NCBI GenBank assembly: GCA_963701015.1
Contig: OY969556.1
Coordinates: 229,186-293,185, forward strand
Direction of reading: 5' to 3'
Length of the DNA stretch: 64,000 bases
Origin: an uncultured Bacteroidota bacterium
Lineage (GTDB): Bacteria; Bacteroidota; Bacteroidia; Bacteroidales; DTGW01
A model generated the notes under the pieces. It did not search any database. It worked only from the letters and a program-made list of their open reading frames with translations, and was not told the origin of the DNA. Shown in pieces: positions 10,510-21,876 of this stretch. A program made the position numbers and the translations under genes. Each line of letters begins with the position of its first letter. Positions within the stretch are counted from its first letter, which is position 1.

Positions 10510-11106
10510 CTAAAATCTGAACGTACAACAAATACCAAAGTTATTTGAACCCGGAGTAGTGTTAAATGTAGGGGCAACATGAAGTGATAAATCCTGGTTA
10601 ATGCTGTAATTCATCATATAAGCATCAACAGTGGCGTCAATAATATTGGCTGCATACAAAACAGCCAACCCCATAATACTATAATCACGATTACGACGGT
10701 AAAAATCTATAGATGATTGAAGAAAATCTTCATTATAATCTTGCAAAGGGTAACCTTGGTATGAGCCCATATTGTTCGGATCGTCATTATGCAACTTGAT
10801 AAATGCTAATTTAGCGTCAGAATAATGGCTCTGGTTAAAATTTATAAGATAGGCTAATACTCCCATTCCTGCATATATTATAGGTAACTTCCAATATTTC
10901 TTATTATATATTTGGCCCATCCCTGGTAAAACTGCTGAATAAAAAGAGGCCTTTAATGGAGAATGTACAAAAATTAAACTTGAGTCGCAAGTTTCTACCG
11001 CAGTAGAATCTTCCTGAGCATTACATTTATCTAATGTGAATTGTAATGGGAATAGAATTAATATAATGACAAGTAAATCCTTAATTTTTTTTTTAAACAA
11101 TTGCAA
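10510..11106 (-). CDS. DUF5683-type membrane protein
   Basis: SAVLPGMGQIYNKKYWKLPIIY, NIIDATVDA; conserved position after parB; start moved to TTG 11106 to avoid the parB overlap. Confidence 0.75.
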   Translation of the reverse strand: MQLFKKKIKDLLVIILILFPLQFTLDKCNAQEDSTAVETCDSSLIFVHSPLKASFYSAVLPGMGQIYNKKYWKLPIIYAGMGVLAYLINFNQSHYSDAKLAFIKLHNDDPNNMGSYQGYPLQDYNEDFLQSSIDFYRRNRDYSIMGLAVLYAANIIDATVDAYMMNYSINQDLSLHVAPTFNTTPGSNNFGICCTFRF

Positions 11107-11134
11107 AACAGGCAAGTTTTTCAAGTATGCGGGA

Positions 11135-12028
11135 TTATTTGGAACTATTATCAAGTGTGGCAATAATACGTTCAAGTTCCTCGTCAGATTTAAATGAAAT
11201 AATAATTTTACCTGAACCTTTTTCATTTCTTTTAAAATCAACAGGAACATTAAAATGTTTGGTTAAATGATGCCGTAAATCTTCATATTCCTGACTAAGA
11301 GAGCTTTCGTCTTTTCCCTTTTTTAACGAAACAGAGGATTTTTCAGGTTCATTCAATAATCGTACCAATTCCTCAACTTCACGGACCGATAAATTTTCTA
11401 ATGTAGCCTTATTATAAATTTCAAGTTGTTTGTCAATATCATCGATACTGATTAAAGCACGGGCATGGCCCATAGATAATTTTTCTTCTCTAAGGCCCAA
11501 TTGGATTTCGGCCGGAAGTTTTAAAAGCCTTAAATAATTGGCAATTGTTGCACGTTTTTTGCCAACTCTGTCACTAAGGCTTTCCTGAGTAAGTGCACAT
11601 TCATCAATTAACCTTTGATAACTGATTGCAACTTCAATAGAATTTAAATCGGAACGGTGGATGTTTTCGACCAACGCCATTTCAAGCATTCCCTGATCGT
11701 CGGCACTACGAATAAACGCTGGCACTGTAGTTAGACCTGCAATTTTTGCAGCCCTATACCTACGTTCCCCGGCAATAATTTGAAATTTACCATTGTCGAG
11801 TTTACGCAAAGTGATAGGTTGGATAATACCTATTTGCCTTATTGAAGTGGCTAATTCCTGCAGTTCTTCTTCGTCAAATTTTTTGCGTGGTTGAAAAGGG
11901 TTAACTTCAATTAATGAAATTTCAACTTCGTTATCGGCTTCTATCGCCTGGACAATTTCTCTAGGTAAAGTTGCATCTTCAATCAATGCACCTAAACCTC
12001 TACCCAATGAGTTTTTCTTAGCGTTCAT
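11135..12028 (-). CDS. parB: Chromosome partitioning protein ParB
   Basis: LGRGLGAL, NPFQPR, IAGERRYRA, HTH. Confidence 0.95.
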   Translation of the reverse strand: MNAKKNSLGRGLGALIEDATLPREIVQAIEADNEVEISLIEVNPFQPRKKFDEEELQELATSIRQIGIIQPITLRKLDNGKFQIIAGERRYRAAKIAGLTTVPAFIRSADDQGMLEMALVENIHRSDLNSIEVAISYQRLIDECALTQESLSDRVGKKRATIANYLRLLKLPAEIQLGLREEKLSMGHARALISIDDIDKQLEIYNKATLENLSVREVEELVRLLNEPEKSSVSLKKGKDESSLSQEYEDLRHHLTKHFNVPVDFKRNEKGSGKIIISFKSDEELERIIATLDNSSK

Positions 12029-12047
12029 TTTATTTTTCTTGCAATAA

Positions 12048-12824
12048 CTATTTTACTTTAACATCATTTTTTTGCATGATTTCTCTTGCAAGATTTAAAT
12101 AATTTAAGGTGCCTTTTGATTCGGCATCATAAAGAATACAAGGTTTCCCAAAACTAGGCGATTCGCTAAGCTTTATGTTTCGTTGAACTATTGTTTCGAA
12201 AACCATTTGCTGAAAATGTTTTTTAACTTCATCAACTACCTGGTTCGAAAGCCTTAAGCGTGGATCGTACATAGTAAGCAAAAATCCTTCTATTTCAAGT
12301 TCAGGATTTAAGCGACTTTGAATAATTTTTACTGTTGATAATAGTTTGCCAATACCTTCTAATGCAAAATATTCACATTGAACCGGAATTACTACTGAAT
12401 CAGCAGCAGACAATGCATTTACTGTTATTAGTCCAAGTGATGGAGAACAATCAATCAGAATATAATCATAAGGGCCAGTGATTTTAGCAATTACCTGTTT
12501 CAAAACCTTCTCCCTGTTTGGCATGTTTAACATTTCAATTTCAGAACCAACCAGGTCAATATGTGAAGGGATTAAGTCCAAACCGTTTATTTCGCTATTC
12601 AATATGATAGAATTCGGATCCTGATCGCCAACCAGACATTCATAAATGCTAGTTTTAATGCTTCTTGTGTCAAATCCTGTTCCAGATGTTGCATTTGCTT
12701 GAGGATCGGCATCAATAAGAAGTACTTTCTTTTCCAGAACTGCTAAACTCGCAGCCAGATTAATTGCAGTAGTAGTTTTGCCTACGCCACCTTTTTGATT
12801 GGCAATTGCTATAATTTTAGCCAT
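12048..12824 (-). CDS. parA: Chromosome partitioning ATPase ParA/Soj
   Basis: [11 protein letters not shown] deviant Walker A, DADPQAN, DCSPSLG. Confidence 0.95.
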   Translation of the reverse strand: MAKIIAIANQKGGVGKTTTAINLAASLAVLEKKVLLIDADPQANATSGTGFDTRSIKTSIYECLVGDQDPNSIILNSEINGLDLIPSHIDLVGSEIEMLNMPNREKVLKQVIAKITGPYDYILIDCSPSLGLITVNALSAADSVVIPVQCEYFALEGIGKLLSTVKIIQSRLNPELEIEGFLLTMYDPRLRLSNQVVDEVKKHFQQMVFETIVQRNIKLSESPSFGKPCILYDAESKGTLNYLNLAREIMQKNDVKVK

Positions 12825-13174
12825 TTAGTAATGTTTTAAATAAAACACAATGATAAAGAATTATTACTTTGGGTTCAAGTATAATGTTTTAAAAAATTAA
12901 TATATAAAATTAAACATTTCCTTTTAACCAAAACAGCCCACAAAAATAATATTAAATTATAGAAAATAAAATACACCAAAAGCAATGGATTTAGGCTTTT
13001 TAAGCAACCAATACGTTAAATTTCAACGCTTTGCTTCTGGCAGGTTTAAAATAAAGTTGTTAATAACTTTATTGCTATCAAATATTGCAATAACTAAAAC
13101 GATGTAATTTAAGCTATTACATCGTTTTAGTTATTTACATACACCGAATAACATCTTGAGTAATGAGTTTTCAA

Positions 13175-14609
13175 TTAAATTATAACTGTAATAATAGAAT
13201 GAGCTGAAATTTTTGATTTGCCAGCCTTACCATCAAGAACTACTTGATATTCTAAATCTTTGTCTGTTGAATTCATTATTACCACAGCTATTTTGCCACT
13301 TATGTTTACAAAAGCAGTTGCAATTAGGTCATCTGTGGTGGAAGAACAGGCAATTCTTTTTGCACCGGGCCTGATAAACTTTGAAAAATGCCCGATATAA
13401 TAATACGAATTCATGTAATGAACCGAACCATCGCGAGTATCTCCAATAATAGGGGATAAGCAATAATTACCAACATGGTTCGGACCACCTTTTTCATCAA
13501 GAATAATATTCCAGTCTGTCCAGCCACAAGCCCAATGATTAAAATCGTTTATCATAGATCGGCCGTAATTTTCACCATGAATCCAGTTGTCTAAGTCTTT
13601 CCAGTCGAATGGATATTCACAAGCTTCAGTATGTATAAGGTTTTTGTCAGGAAATGCATCATGAACTATTCTTACATTTTCAAAATTATTGCCGGCATAC
13701 CAATGAAAAGCCATACCCCAGATATATTTCGAAGCTTCAGTATCGTCATAAGCTGCCTTTGCTCTCTGGTACATTGGGCCACGATTATGGTCCCAAATCA
13801 TTATTTTCACATTGTTTAAATTATTTTTCCAAAGTGTTGCACAAAAAGTTCTTCACGAAATCTTTTTCTTCATCTGCTGAATAAATACACGATTCCCATG
13901 TTTGAGTGGCTAAAGGTTCGTTTTGTACAGTAGTTCCCCAAATATTTATTCCATTTTTTTCATATTCCTGAATAAATTTTACAAAATAGTTTGCCCAAAT
14001 TTGATCACAATTTGGTTTTAGTTTACCTCCGTGTAACATATCATTATTAGTTTTCATCCAAGCGGGAGGACTCCAGGGTGATATATATAACTTTAATTTA
14101 TTATTTGTTGCTTTAAAAGCTTCTTTAATAAGTGGAATCCTATATTTTAAATCATGCTCAATTGAAAACGATTTTAAAGATGAGTCATTATCTTTAGTAT
14201 AAGTATAGCTACTACTTGAGAAATCGCAACTATGAATATTGGTCCGGGCTAAAGTGTATCCAATTCCTTTAATACTATCGTAATAGGCGGTAATTATTTC
14301 ATCTTGTTTATCTTTAGGCAGTTTGTAGAAAGTTTCGGCAGCAGCATCAGTTATTGCTCCACCAATACCTTCAATAGATTGATATGTTTTGGACGGATCA
14401 ATAATAATTGTAGCAAAGTTTTCATCAGTTTGAGTAGCAGATTTAAATGTAATAGTGTCGCGTAAAGTAAGTCTCTCATTGGTATTCTTTGCCGTAACAT
14501 ACTCAAGGGCATTTGAAATGTTAACTTTTTCCGTAATTTGTTTGTCATTGTTTTGATGTTGACAAGCTATAAATGAAAAAGTAATTCCTAGTAACAAATA
14601 TTTTCTCAT
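13175..14609 (-). pseudogene. GH30 glucosylceramidase-like lipoprotein split by a frameshift (or a sequencing indel)
   Basis: 13821-14609 has SPWSPPAWMKTN and QNEP; 13175-13810 has FHWY, HTEAC, WTDWN; removing one A from the A5 run (plus-strand T run at 13824-13828) joins the frames. Confidence 0.85.
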
Positions 14610-14820
14610 GTCAGTTTAAAATTTAATGGTTTCCTTTCGTAAAGACGTTTTATAATTCAAAAGTAACATTGAAAATTGAAGTTATTTTTGATCCAATATT
14701 CTTTAAAATTTTGCTAATTCATTAAAAATAACAATAGTTTAATAACATATTGGATATTTTTTTACATAATATTAAATAAATTTGGCAACTCTAAATAAAT
14801 GATATTCAAACATACGAAAA

Positions 14821-16014
14821 ATGGGGAAAGTACTGATTATAGGAGCAGGCGGAGTAGGAACTGTTGTAGCTCACAAAGTAGCGCAATTGCCTGAAGTATT
14901 TACTGAAATAATGCTGGCAAGTCGCACTCAATCGAAATGTGATGTAATTGCTAAATCAGTAGGTGGCAATAAAATAAAAACCGCTGCAGTAGATGCTGAA
15001 AATGTTCCGCAATTAATAGAGCTTATAAAAAGCTTTCAACCCGAATTAGTTATAAATGTTGCATTGCCTTATCAGGATTTGGCAATTATGGACGCTTGCC
15101 TGGCAACAAAAACAAGTTATTTAGATACCGCTAATTATGAACCAAAGGAAGAGGCTAAATTTGAGTATAGCTGGCAATGGGCTTACCAGGACAGGTTTAA
15201 AGCTGCAGGTATAACTGCAATCTTAGGTTGTGGATTTGATCCGGGTGTAACGAGTGTATATACGGCATATGCAGCAAAACATCATTTTGATTCAATTGAA
15301 TTTTTAGATATAGTTGATTGCAATGCTGGAGACCATGGCAAACCTTTTGCTACAAATTTTAACCCTGAAATTAATATAAGGGAAGTTACACAGAAAGGGA
15401 AATATTGGGAAAATGGAAAGTGGATTGAAACTGCTCCGCATGAAATTCATAAACCTTTGAATTATCCTGAAATTGGACCAAAAGAATCGTATGTAATATA
15501 TCATGAAGAATTGGAATCGTTGGTTAAAAATTTTCCAACATTAAAACGGGCACGTTTTTGGATGACTTTTGGGCAGGAATACCTAACTCATTTACGTGTA
15601 ATTCAGAATATTGGAATGGCACGTATTGATCCTATAATTTATAACGGTGTTGAAATTGTCCCCATTCAATTTTTAAAGGCAGTTTTACCTAATCCGGGCG
15701 ATTTGGGTGAAAATTATAAGGGATGGACTTCAATTGGATGTCGCATAAAAGGTTCAAAAGATGGCAAAGAAAAAACTTATTATGTATATAATAATTGCAG
15801 CCATGAAGCAGCTTACAAGGAAACTGGCACTCAAGGAGTAAGTTATACAACTGGAGTGCCGGCAATGATCGGAGCAATGATGTATTTAAAAGGATTATGG
15901 AAAAAGCCTGGTGTTTTTAATGTTGAAGAATTTGATCCCGATCCGTTTATGGAAGCTTTAAATAAATATGGTTTGCCCTGGCATGAATTACACAATATCA
16001 ATTTGGAACTATAA
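14821..16014 (+). CDS. Saccharopine dehydrogenase family protein (carboxy(nor)spermidine dehydrogenase-like)
   Basis: GAGGVG, YLDTANYE, GCGFDPG, TNFNPEINIRE. Confidence 0.9.
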   Translation: MGKVLIIGAGGVGTVVAHKVAQLPEVFTEIMLASRTQSKCDVIAKSVGGNKIKTAAVDAENVPQLIELIKSFQPELVINVALPYQDLAIMDACLATKTSYLDTANYEPKEEAKFEYSWQWAYQDRFKAAGITAILGCGFDPGVTSVYTAYAAKHHFDSIEFLDIVDCNAGDHGKPFATNFNPEINIREVTQKGKYWENGKWIETAPHEIHKPLNYPEIGPKESYVIYHEELESLVKNFPTLKRARFWMTFGQEYLTHLRVIQNIGMARIDPIIYNGVEIVPIQFLKAVLPNPGDLGENYKGWTSIGCRIKGSKDGKEKTYYVYNNCSHEAAYKETGTQGVSYTTGVPAMIGAMMYLKGLWKKPGVFNVEEFDPDPFMEALNKYGLPWHELHNINLEL

Positions 16015-16016
16015 AT

Positions 16017-16045
16017 AAAAAAACCGCTTTCAATGCGGTTTTTTT
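16017..16045. terminator. Bidirectional intrinsic terminator
   Basis: A-run, AACCGC...GCGGTT stem, T-run between convergent genes. Confidence 0.8.
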
Positions 16046-16060
16046 ATTTATTTAAATATT

Positions 16061-16777
16061 TTATTTTGAAGTATTATTGCTTGAATCAGTATCGGTATCA
16101 ATTATTTTATAATCAGCCGGAAGAACAAATTTTGATGAAGGGATATCAACATTTTCTTCAAGTTTATCGACTACAATTTGAATTCCACCCATATCTGATT
16201 TTAATAAAATATTTTTATAAGTCACCGATGTTATTCTTTGATCAGGTTTTGATTTGTCCATAGCCATTGAAACCTTTTTGCCAACAACACCTGCAACTGT
16301 TTCAGTACCTTCATCTTTAAAATCCATTTGCCTTTTCATTTCATCTCCCATTGCAGCAATTGCTTCAGAACTCATGCCTCCCATCATTGTTTTTTTTCTT
16401 TTTTTAATCTCCTTCACTAAAATATTCTTTCCGTTTTTCATTTTAGATATATCGAAAGTGTATGAATAACCATCCATCGAAATATTTATCTTCTTTTCAT
16501 TCGAAGTGTAGCCCATCATGTTGGTTTCAAGGTCGGTCTCTTTGTATTCTTTATTACCAAAATCATCAAAATACAAGGTTTCAGTAGATTTAACACCACC
16601 AAAATCCATGGTTTTATAATGGACAATTCCTGATTTTATTTGATACTTGCCTTTTGAAGCTTCCTTATTTGCAGTTGAATCGGACTGTTGAGACGAAGAG
16701 TTATTTTGCTTTCCACTTCCACATGAAATAATTGTAAATATTACAATTGGCAAAATTGAAATAATGATTTTTTTCAT
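16061..16777 (-). CDS. Hypothetical lipoprotein
   Basis: Lipobox IISC; long ORF with no recognised motif. Confidence 0.75.
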   Translation of the reverse strand: MKKIIISILPIVIFTIISCGSGKQNNSSSQQSDSTANKEASKGKYQIKSGIVHYKTMDFGGVKSTETLYFDDFGNKEYKETDLETNMMGYTSNEKKINISMDGYSYTFDISKMKNGKNILVKEIKKRKKTMMGGMSSEAIAAMGDEMKRQMDFKDEGTETVAGVVGKKVSMAMDKSKPDQRITSVTYKNILLKSDMGGIQIVVDKLEENVDIPSSKFVLPADYKIIDTDTDSSNNTSK

Positions 16778-16873
16778 AAAATTAAGTTTTAGGTAATTGA
16801 AATAGGAAATTTAAAATTTAGAATTTGAAGTAAGTGAAAATTCACGAATAGACCAAGAAGTTTATTGAATATT

Positions 16874-17872
16874 TTAATTTACCGATTTGCAATTTGTTCC
16901 TATTATTGTAAAGGAATTGTTTGAATTTATTGTTTTTAAGCCAAATGTTAAGTCAATCATTTGCATAACCTCATTGGCATTTAGTTTTTCGTAAGTAGCC
17001 GTTAATTTACATTTATTAATTGCCGGATTTTGAACTTCAATTTTAATGTTGTAAACCTTTTCCAGCGTTGAAAAAACATTGGCTAGTATTGTTTCATTGA
17101 ATATCAGTTTATGCGTTTTCCAAAATAAAAAATTAGGATCGGGATTTAAAGATTTTTCCATTTCTCCTGATTTGGCAATATAATTTATTTTCTCATCCTT
17201 ATGCAATATTACGAGCTTTTTGGTGACATTTGAAGTTACAGAAACGGTGCCAGTTTTAACAATTACTTCAACATCACCATTGTCAACACTATTAACATTA
17301 AATGAAGTTCCGAGTACTTTTATATCTGTTTTTGAAGTGTGTATTATAAACGGTTTTGATGGATTTCGGGCAATTGAAAAAAAAGCTTCGCCTTTTAAAC
17401 TTATTTCACGTGTATTTCCTTTAAAAGCTTTTGGATAAATTATTTGTGTATGTTTGTTCAAATCAATAACTGAACCGTCTGATAATGAAATTTGCTTTAA
17501 ATTATTACCAGAGTTAACAATAACTTTTGAATTATAATTTTTAATAACGAACCATGTGAATATGCCTAGAATAAATATAGCAGCAATTCTTACTAAATAT
17601 TTTATTGAAGACAATTGCTTTAATTTTGAATCTTTAGGAAGGTTTATTCTTTGACTAACATTATTCCAGGCTTGCTTAACATTAATACCATTGGCTTTGG
17701 CATGCTCTAATTGATGCCATAAATTTTCAGCATCATTATATATTTTTGAATCAATTTCGCCTTTATCAATTTGAGCCTTGAAAGAATTATTTTTGTTATC
17801 ATCAAAATTGCCTGAAACGTAAGCTACTATTTGATTCCATTTAATATTGTTTCTATTTTTTATTGCACCCAT
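16874..17872 (-). CDS. FecR-family anti-sigma factor
   Basis: LSDGSVIDLN, GEAFF, VLGTSFNV, central TM helix. Confidence 0.9.
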   Translation of the reverse strand: MGAIKNRNNIKWNQIVAYVSGNFDDNKNNSFKAQIDKGEIDSKIYNDAENLWHQLEHAKANGINVKQAWNNVSQRINLPKDSKLKQLSSIKYLVRIAAIFILGIFTWFVIKNYNSKVIVNSGNNLKQISLSDGSVIDLNKHTQIIYPKAFKGNTREISLKGEAFFSIARNPSKPFIIHTSKTDIKVLGTSFNVNSVDNGDVEVIVKTGTVSVTSNVTKKLVILHKDEKINYIAKSGEMEKSLNPDPNFLFWKTHKLIFNETILANVFSTLEKVYNIKIEVQNPAINKCKLTATYEKLNANEVMQMIDLTFGLKTINSNNSFTIIGTNCKSVN

Positions 17873-18169
17873 TATATCTTACTTCTTCTAACTTAATCAA
17901 CATTTAAATCATTTGTATAACAACTATTAAATACTAAACCCTTATTCATTAATAAAATTCCATCTGTAAAATTAATTTTTTAAGATTTATTGTGCCTTCG
18001 TTTCTATAAATAAAAACACAAATGTTTATTAGCTTCTTTCATGATGTATGAAACGTTTATAGAATAGGGACAATTCACAAATTTAATGTTTGTATTAAAT
18101 TACAAATGATAATTTATCTTTGAATTTTCGAAATTGATATTTTTATGACAAAAATAAACTCCTTTTATT

Positions 18170-19153
18170 ATGATAAAAATTTTAAAAATAATTTTATTGC
18201 TTACAATTTTATCTTTAGTTACTAGCCCAATGTATTCGCAACAAAAAATGAATGATAGTTTGAAAAGTTTTTTTACATCTAACGGAAAATTATTTGATGG
18301 TAAAGGGAACGAATTTATTATAAGAGGAACCAGTAATCCACATATTTGGTTCTATAGAAAGTCATTAAAATCACTTGATAAAATTGCACAAAATAAATGC
18401 AATACAGTACGCGTAGTTTGGCAAACAAAAGGAAGCGCAAAAAGATTAAGGAAAATTTTACAAAAAACAGTTGAATTGAAATTAATAGCTATTCCTGAAA
18501 TTCATGATTTTACAGGTGATGATAAAATTTCGGGGGTTGAAGCAGCTGCAAAATATTGGACGAGAGATGATATAAAAGCCGTTTTAAATGATTTTAAACC
18601 CTATATCCTAATCAATATTGCCAACGAATGGATGGGAAAATGGGATGACAAAAACTGGTTTGAAGGATATAAAAGCGCAATTACCATAATGCGAAATGCA
18701 GGTCTTGATCAATGTTTAGTTATTGATGGTGCTGGTTGGGGACAGGATATAAACCCGATTAAAAACTTTGGACATGAATTAATTCAACTTGACCCTCAGC
18801 ATAACCTGCTTTTTGATGTTCATATGTATGGCTCGTGGAACGATTCGGATAAAATTGTAAAAGAATTAAATTTTATTCATGATAATAAAATCCCATTGAT
18901 TGTAGGAGAGTTTGGATATAACTTTAACGATGGAAAAAATAACCTTACTTGCAAAGTTGATGCACCTTTACTGATTAAAACCTGCCAACAGCTTGGAATT
19001 GGTTATATGCCCTGGTCGTGGTGCGGCAATAACAAAGAAAACCAATGGCTCGATTTGGTTTCACATTGGAATGATTTTACACCCTGGGGAAATTTGGTCT
19101 TTAATAGTGCCGATGGTATTAAAAACACTTCAAAACCTTGTTCTATATTTTAA
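18170..19153 (+). CDS. GH5 glycoside hydrolase (beta-mannanase-like)
   Basis: INIANEW acid/base, DGAGWGQ, HMY, VGEFG nucleophile, WSW. Confidence 0.88.
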   Translation: MIKILKIILLLTILSLVTSPMYSQQKMNDSLKSFFTSNGKLFDGKGNEFIIRGTSNPHIWFYRKSLKSLDKIAQNKCNTVRVVWQTKGSAKRLRKILQKTVELKLIAIPEIHDFTGDDKISGVEAAAKYWTRDDIKAVLNDFKPYILINIANEWMGKWDDKNWFEGYKSAITIMRNAGLDQCLVIDGAGWGQDINPIKNFGHELIQLDPQHNLLFDVHMYGSWNDSDKIVKELNFIHDNKIPLIVGEFGYNFNDGKNNLTCKVDAPLLIKTCQQLGIGYMPWSWCGNNKENQWLDLVSHWNDFTPWGNLVFNSADGIKNTSKPCSIF

Positions 19154-19197
19154 TATAGGACAGAAGTGTAAGGTTGTTGAAAGATGAACGAAAGAAT

Positions 19198-19247
19198 GGA
19201 AACCGGATTTTTAAAATTTACATTTCTATTTATCCGGTTTCCCTTTT
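19198..19247. terminator. Probable terminator between convergent genes
   Basis: GGAAACCGGAT / ATCCGGTTTCC 11-bp inverted repeat with a long loop, short T-run. Confidence 0.5.
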
Positions 19248-19260
19248 TCCCGTTTACCAA

Positions 19261-21747
19261 TTACAAATCAAGCGGTACAGATATTTTAAAACTAATATTT
19301 CTGCCCATATTGTAAATCCCGGTTCCTGGACCGGTTAAATTTACTGGGTTACCAGATTTATTGATGTAAAAATCCATATATTTTAACCTGCTCATGTTCG
19401 ACTGATAGGCAACATTGGTAATATTGCTTGCCAAAACCTGAATATTAAATAGCTTTTTACCATTCTTTCCAAGCACATCGGCTCCAATTCCGGCACCAAA
19501 CAATGTATATCCGGGTGTTACTGTTTCGGTATTATCTTGAAGATAGACCCTGTTTTGAGTTGCATAATGATCCATTTCTACTTTAAAGTAAATTGCTGAA
19601 AATCTGCCAATTTTTTCTTTCACATCAGCACGTAATTCAGAATGAATATGGATAGGAGGTATAAATGGTAAATATTTTGAGCTGTCGGTTATTTGCACAC
19701 CATTTCCGCCCTTGTTTGCAGCATAAACTAAAGAAATTGCATTTTCGAAATGGAGCCAATCCAGAGGATGAGGGTGGATATCTAAATTTGCTTCGCCACC
19801 ATATAAATCAGCATTCGATTGTAGAAATTTATATACCGGAACACTTGTAATTATTGAATCCTGTCCATTTGAATTTAGTAGCTTTTGATTAAAAATATAA
19901 TTTGAAATATTATTATTGAATAAGTCAACATAACCATTTACATGTTCGAAATTAACAAAAAAGCCCAGGTCTTCCTGAAGACTGAATTCAGGTTTATTCA
20001 AATCACCAATTTGATACATATCAGTGCCGGGATGAACCCCGTTTGCTGAAATTTCAGAAATATTGGGTGCTCTAAAACCTCTTGCAATATTGGCTTTAAT
20101 TGAAAAATTTTCGTTGAAATTGTAAGTAAGTCCTGCGCTGCCTGTGATTCCAGAAAATACTTTTGAATATTTCGAAAATCTTTGTGAAGCACTAGTTGTA
20201 TCGGTTGAATTTACCTGCATATCGAAACCTGTAATTGGATTAGTGCCAACATTCATAGCATCGTTATTAAATGAACGCGAATCATATCTTAATCCAGCAC
20301 TTACATCGAGTTTGTTAAAATTCTTTTTAACCAGGGCAAATGGTCCAAAATCGAATTGTCGGTAATCGGGAATAATGAATTCTGTCCCTTTATTCAAATT
20401 GGTTTGGTACATACCGTTTACACCAATAGTAGTTTCCCATTCATTCCATTCCGGCAAATAATATTTTAAATCATAAGTATAGGAATTCAAAACTAGATAT
20501 AAGCCTGCAACATCTGGCGCTAAAGGATGGCTGAATTCGCGACGTACATTTTGCTGAAAACCTAAAATCAACCCAATTTTTCCGGCATTTCCAAGAATAA
20601 AATTGTTTGATGAATAAATCCGGTAGTGCTGAACATGTTGATGTAAAGTTTCAATTTTATAACTATTTAGTTCGGCATTTGAAACTATTGGTCTGATAGT
20701 ATCATCATCTACGTCATAAATTTGTTTAGTAAACTTATTGTTGGTTGCAGAATATCGACTACCATCTGGTATTTCTTGCAAATCATCAAATACTGAAAAG
20801 TTTAAATGCGAATAACCCCAGCTCTTGTTCAAACCAAGCATTCCGGTAAAGTCAGTTTCGTTATATGCTGTACCAAAAACGCGTCCATCATTTTTGTTTT
20901 GATAGTCTTTTGCTTCCTTATGCGAAAGCCTGCCATTCCATACTAGACCATTGCTGTTACCTGCAAGTCCAATAGAACCGCTAAATAGGCCATTATTTGT
21001 TTGGAAGTTGCCTAAAACACTGCCTTTTATAGTTCCATTTGGAACGGTTGGAGCGGGTAATAAGTTTACCACACCTGCAATTGCATCAGAACCGTAAATA
21101 AGACTTGCCGGACCTTTTATTACTTCAATCCGGTTCACATCGTCATCGTCAACTTCAATGCCATGTTCGTCGCCCCATTGTTGTCCTTCCTGACGAACAC
21201 CATCGTAAAGGGTTAAAACTCTGTTGTAACCTAAACCATGAATGAAAGGTTTGGATACATTTGGCCCAGTTGTTACCGCACTTATTCCTGGCATTGTTGC
21301 TATTGCATCAATTATATTTGTACTTGGCACCTGTTCTATTTCTTTGTGGCTTAATGCTATAATTGGTACCGGGTTTCGGCGAATTTCAACTGCCTTCGAC
21401 GAACCTGTTACTACAACTTCATTAAGTTCGGCAACACTTTCTTCTAACTTAAAATCCATTGTTGAGACTGATGACAGGTTTATATTCTCAATTACGGTTT
21501 TATAACCAACATAGCTAATTTCTATACCAACGCTTGTGGCTGGTAAATTATCAATTCTATAATTCCCGGCAGTATCAGTTAGTGTGCCTGTTTTTAAATC
21601 GGGGATATATACGGTTGCACCTATTACAGCCTCGTCAGTGGTTTTGTCGGTGACTTTTCCGGTTAATGTTACTTTTATCGGATTAGCCTCGGAAAATGAT
21701 ATGCTGCAAATAAATATAGATAATATAATTGTATATACTGTTTTCAT
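19261..21747 (-). CDS. TonB-dependent receptor (probable metal uptake)
   Basis: CarboxypepD_reg-like N-terminus, plug RIEVIKGPASLIYGSDAIAGVVN, QQWGDEHG, C-terminal GRNISF. Confidence 0.92.
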   Translation of the reverse strand: MKTVYTIILSIFICSISFSEANPIKVTLTGKVTDKTTDEAVIGATVYIPDLKTGTLTDTAGNYRIDNLPATSVGIEISYVGYKTVIENINLSSVSTMDFKLEESVAELNEVVVTGSSKAVEIRRNPVPIIALSHKEIEQVPSTNIIDAIATMPGISAVTTGPNVSKPFIHGLGYNRVLTLYDGVRQEGQQWGDEHGIEVDDDDVNRIEVIKGPASLIYGSDAIAGVVNLLPAPTVPNGTIKGSVLGNFQTNNGLFSGSIGLAGNSNGLVWNGRLSHKEAKDYQNKNDGRVFGTAYNETDFTGMLGLNKSWGYSHLNFSVFDDLQEIPDGSRYSATNNKFTKQIYDVDDDTIRPIVSNAELNSYKIETLHQHVQHYRIYSSNNFILGNAGKIGLILGFQQNVRREFSHPLAPDVAGLYLVLNSYTYDLKYYLPEWNEWETTIGVNGMYQTNLNKGTEFIIPDYRQFDFGPFALVKKNFNKLDVSAGLRYDSRSFNNDAMNVGTNPITGFDMQVNSTDTTSASQRFSKYSKVFSGITGSAGLTYNFNENFSIKANIARGFRAPNISEISANGVHPGTDMYQIGDLNKPEFSLQEDLGFFVNFEHVNGYVDLFNNNISNYIFNQKLLNSNGQDSIITSVPVYKFLQSNADLYGGEANLDIHPHPLDWLHFENAISLVYAANKGGNGVQITDSSKYLPFIPPIHIHSELRADVKEKIGRFSAIYFKVEMDHYATQNRVYLQDNTETVTPGYTLFGAGIGADVLGKNGKKLFNIQVLASNITNVAYQSNMSRLKYMDFYINKSGNPVNLTGPGTGIYNMGRNISFKISVPLDL

Positions 21748-21876
21748 AATATTGTTTCAAATTTGATTAAATTTCTAGTTAAGCCCTTATATTCAATATA
21801 TTAATAATACATTGGAAATTAAAATTTGCTTTTTATAAGTAAAATTTAATTGGAATTGAATATTTATTTTTGAAGC

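Noticed and set aside
11135-13170. parS site or replication origin near parAB
   Set aside because: No TGTTnCACGTGAAACA-like palindrome or DnaA-box cluster was seen by eye.
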